This document shows, piece after piece, positions 54,014 through 64,000 of a stretch of DNA of 64,000 bases. Within the stretch, counting starts at the first letter, position 1. The number at the start of each line of letters is the position of its first letter. Source of the stretch: Octopus vulgaris (taxonomy: Eukaryota). Position numbers and translations under genes: made by a program. The notes beneath the pieces were generated by a model. The model made no database searches. It saw only the letters and a list, made by a program, of their open reading frames with translations, and was not told where the DNA came from. The stretch lies in assembly GCA_951406725.2 (NCBI GenBank), contig OX597831.1:20150001-20214000 (forward strand). The letters run 5' to 3'.

Positions 54014-55180
54014 TTATATTACATCCACATTTGAGCCATTTAGTAGCTGTTTCAACACCCAGTTATAGTGTTGCAGGAGCTGTGTTAGGCAGCTTCTACC
54101 TGGTCGAAATCCATGCTGGGTGTCAGACAGCAAGTCATTTTCTTCAAGGAACATGATTAGTTTCTTGCGGACTATTCGTTCCATGACTTTGCTGATCTGT
54201 GAGGTCAGAGAGATACGCCTATAATTTTTAGCATCTGCTCTGCTACCTCCCTTATGGATAGGGCATATTACCCCCTCTTTCAATTTGACTGGGAGCTTAC
54301 CACTTGCAAGAAAGCTCTGAAGAAGAAGCTGTAGCGGTTTTGCAAGGGCTCGTTTGCACGATTTGAGAAGGATCGCTGGGAATCCATCAGGTCCAGCAGC
54401 TGAGTTTGTGTCAATCTCATCCATGGCTAGTGTGATATCATCATCTTCGATGTTGTACTCAGTTTTTGCCTCTTTGGCCGCAGGTAAAGTGGCAAAGAAT
54501 TCTTCTGGGTTGTTTACTTGCCTGTGTCCTAGAGGTGTAGTGAACACACTTTGGAATTGTTCATTCAGTATTTCACTTATCCTCGTGGGATTTCCTGTGA
54601 GAGAGCCATCTTTTTGGAAGAGAGGTCCTATTCTCTGGTGCACTGTGGCTGTCTCTTTGGCAAACTTAAAGAAAGCTATAGGGTTTGATTTTATATTTTC
54701 TATTACCCAAGCTTCTTTATCTGCTCTCTCCTTTTCATGGGACTGATGCAGACTTTCCTCAGTTTCCATTAGCATTCTCTCCAGCCGAGACTCTCACCAC
54801 TTTTGGTGTGCTTGCTCAGGCGGTTCGCAATCCTTGTCCGTCGTCTCATAAGAATCTTCCTTTCTCTAGGGATCCTGTTTTAGTTTTTGTGTGTGCTGGC
54901 CCTGCACACTGGGACATATTTGTCACATATGGCTTGTATTATGGACATGAAGTGTTTGTGTTTCATGTTTATGTCCGGTGTGGAGAAACATTTAGGCTAA
55001 TCCTGTTTGAGGATCTCTTTCTCAATCAACTTCCAGTTTGCTTTATGAAAGTTTAAGTTGGAGAGATTGTGGATGCTTTGTTTAGGCTGTGAGTCTACGG
55101 GAGCTTTTGTTCCATACATAGACAGCTCTATTATTTTGTGATCCGAGATCATTGTCCGCATCACATTAACATTATGAATG
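54014..55180 (-). mobile_element. CR1-group LINE D, internal ORF2 fragment
   Basis: '[10 protein letters not shown]', 'AAGPDGFPAILLK', 'QHGFRPGRSCLTQLL'. Truncated at both ends, with the upstream end abutting (TA)n. Confidence 0.9.
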
Positions 55181-60433
<5,253 letters not shown>

Positions 60434-60533
60434 NNNNNNNNNNNNNNNNNNNNNNNNNNNNNNNNNNNNNNNNNNNNNNNNNNNNNNNNNNNNNNNNNNN
60501 NNNNNNNNNNNNNNNNNNNNNNNNNNNNNNNNN
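60434..60533. other. Assembly gap (100 N)
   Basis: Seen directly. Confidence 1.
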
Positions 60534-60619
60534 AGGAAGGCATGTGTAAAATTTGAATGAATTGGTGGCATTGAAAGCGATCCGTAAAAACGCATTTCAG
60601 TTCTGTATAGAGAGATATA

Positions 60620-63600
60620 TATAGATATATATATATATAAATATATAAAAATTATATATATATATGTATACAAATATATACAATTTATATAGATGTATAT
60701 AAATATATACAAATTATATATATGTATATAATATATACAAATTATATATATGTATATAAATATATACAAATTATATATATGTATATAAATATATACAAAT
60801 TATATATATGTCTATATAATATATACAAATTATATATATGTATATAAATATATACAAATTATATATATATGTATACAAATATATACATTTGTATATATAT
60901 GTATACAAATATATACATTTGTATATATGTATACAAATATATACATATTATATATATGTATACAAATATATACTTTTTTATATATGTATACAAATATATA
61001 CAAATTATATATATGTATTCAAATATATACAAATTATATATATGTATACAAATATATACAAATTATATATATATATATACATATATATACATTATACATA
61101 TGTATATATAATATATACAAATTATATATATATGTATACAAATATATACAAATTATATATATGTATACAAATATATATTATTTGTATATATTTGTATACA
61201 TATATATAATTTATATATATTTGTATACATATATATACAATTTGTATATATTTGTATACATATATATATATTTGTATATATTTATATACATAAGTATATA
61301 TATTTGTATATATTTATATACATATATATATTGTATACATATATAAAAAAAGTATATATTTGTATATATATATATACAAATATATATATTTGTATACATA
61401 TATATAATTTGTACATATTTGTATACATATATATATATGTATATATATACATATATATACATTTGTATATTTGTATACAAATATATATAATTTATATATA
61501 TTTATATACATATATATAACATTATATATATGTATACAAATATATATAATTTGTATATATTTATATACATATATATAAATTGTATATATGTATACAAATA
61601 TATACAAAATTTGTATATATATTGTATACATATATATACATTTGTATATATTTGTATACATATATATAATTTGTATATATTTATATACATATATATAATT
61701 TGTATATATTTGTATACATATATATAATTTGTATATATTTATATAAATATATATAAATTATATATTTGTATACATATATATAATTTGTATATATTTGTAT
61801 ACATATATATATATTTATATATATATAATGTATATATTTATATACAAATATATATATATGTATATACATATATATAAATTATATATATGTATATACATAT
61901 ATACAAATTATATATATTTGTATACATATATACAAATTTGTATATATTTGTATACATATATATAAATTATATATATTTATATACATATATATAATTTGTA
62001 TATATTTATATACATATATATACAAATTTGTATATATGTATACATATATATACAAATTATATATATTTATACATACATATAATTTGTATATATTTGTATA
62101 CATATATATACAATTTGTATATATTTGTATACATATATATATTTGTATATATTTATACACATATATATAATGTATATAAATATATACATATATATATTTG
62201 TATATATTTATATACATATATATAATTTATATATATTTATATACATATATATAATTTGTATATATTTGTATACATATATATAATTTTATATATTTGTATA
62301 CATAATATATAAAATTATATATTTGTATACATATATATATATATATGTATACAAATATATATTATATTATATGTATATATATATACATATTATATATATA
62401 TATATATACATATATATATTTGTATATATATATATATACAAATTATATATATGTATACAAATATATACAAATTATATATATGTATACAAATATATACAAA
62501 TTATATATATGTATACAAATATATACAAATTATATATATTTATATAAATATATATAAATTGTATATATTTATATACATATATATAAATTATATATATGTA
62601 TACAAATATATACAAATTATATATTTGTATACATATATATACATTTATATATATTTATATACAAATTATATATATGTATACAAATATATACATATATATA
62701 ATTATATATATTTATATACATATATATAATTTGTATATATTTATATACATATATATAATTTGTATATATTTATATATATATATATAATTTGTATATATTT
62801 ATATACATATATATAATTCATATATATTTATATACATATATACAAATTATATATATGTATACATATATATAATTTGTATATATTTATATACATATATATA
62901 ATTTGTATATATTTGTATACAAATATATACATTTGTATATATTTGTATACATATATATAAAATGTATATATTTGTATACATATATATAATTTGTATATAT
63001 TTGTATACATATATATAATTTGTATATATTTGTATACATATATATAATTTGTATATATTTGTATACATATATATAATTTGTATATATTTGTATACATATA
63101 TATAATTTGTATATATTTATATACATATATATATAATTTGTATATATTTGTATACATATATATAATTTGTATATATTTGTATACATATATATAATTTGTA
63201 TACATATACATTGTATACATGTATATAATATACAAATTATATATTTGTATACATATATATAAATTGTATATATTTGTATACATATATATAATTTATATAT
63301 ATGTATATACATATATATAATTTATATATATGTATATACATATATACAATTTGTATATATTTATATACATATATATAAATTTGTATATATTTATATACAT
63401 ATATATATATTTGTATATATATATGTATACAAATATATAATTTATATATATTTGTATACAAATATATATAAATTATATATATTATATACATATATATAAT
63501 TTGTATATATTTATATACATAATATATAATTTGTATATATTTATATAAATATATATAATTTATATATATTACAAATATATACAAATATATATATGTATAT

Positions 63601-64000
63601 TGTATATATTTTATATATATATATAATATATACAAATTATATATATGTATATAAATATATACAAATTATATATATGTATATAAATATATACAAATTATAT
63701 ATATGTATACAAATATATACAAATTATATATATGTATACAAATATATACAAATTATATATATGTATATAAATATATACAAATTATATATATGTATATAAA
63801 TATATACATATTATATATATGTATACAAATATATACAAATTATATATATGTATACAAATATATACAAATTATATATATGTATACAAATATATACAAATTA
63901 TATATATGTATACAAATATATACAAATTATATATATGTATACAAATATATACAAATTATATATATGTATACAAATATATACAAATTATATATATGTATAC
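60620..64000. repeat. AT-rich minisatellite, about 29-bp unit (TATATATGTATACAAATATATACAAATTA), in alternating orientations
   Basis: Forward blocks (tacaaat) and reverse blocks (atttgta) alternate several times. Confidence 0.9.

Overview
This is AT-rich, microsatellite-dense eukaryotic DNA. The SINE repertoire and simple-repeat content suggest a coleoid cephalopod, probably Octopus (inference). No host protein-coding exon could be supported, and most ORFs in the track are microsatellite or antisense artefacts. The window is dominated by mobile DNA: four or five CR1-group (APE-RT) LINE copies, one nearly full-length Tx1/L1-clade element, Tc1/mariner and pogo relics, two hAT MITEs with 8-bp TSDs, three non-autonomous Helitrons and many tRNA-derived SINEs. 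It also holds several Penelope-like foldback elements carrying minimal hammerhead-ribozyme motifs. The most interesting signals are: (1) hammerhead-bearing palindromic elements sitting in (TA)n; (2) CR1-group LINEs that abut (TA)n, share a conserved 5' leader, encode a Myb/SANT-like plus CCCH-finger ORF1, and in one copy carry a 19 x 42-bp array in the putative 5'UTR; (3) a covarying 3' stem-loop shared by these LINEs and the dominant SINE; (4) a Tx1 element apparently inserted in (GATA)n; (5) a textbook heat-shock promoter (4-unit HSE plus TATA) at about 15.0 kb with no recognisable coding gene downstream. An N gap lies at 60434-60533. All calls were made by eye with no database searches.
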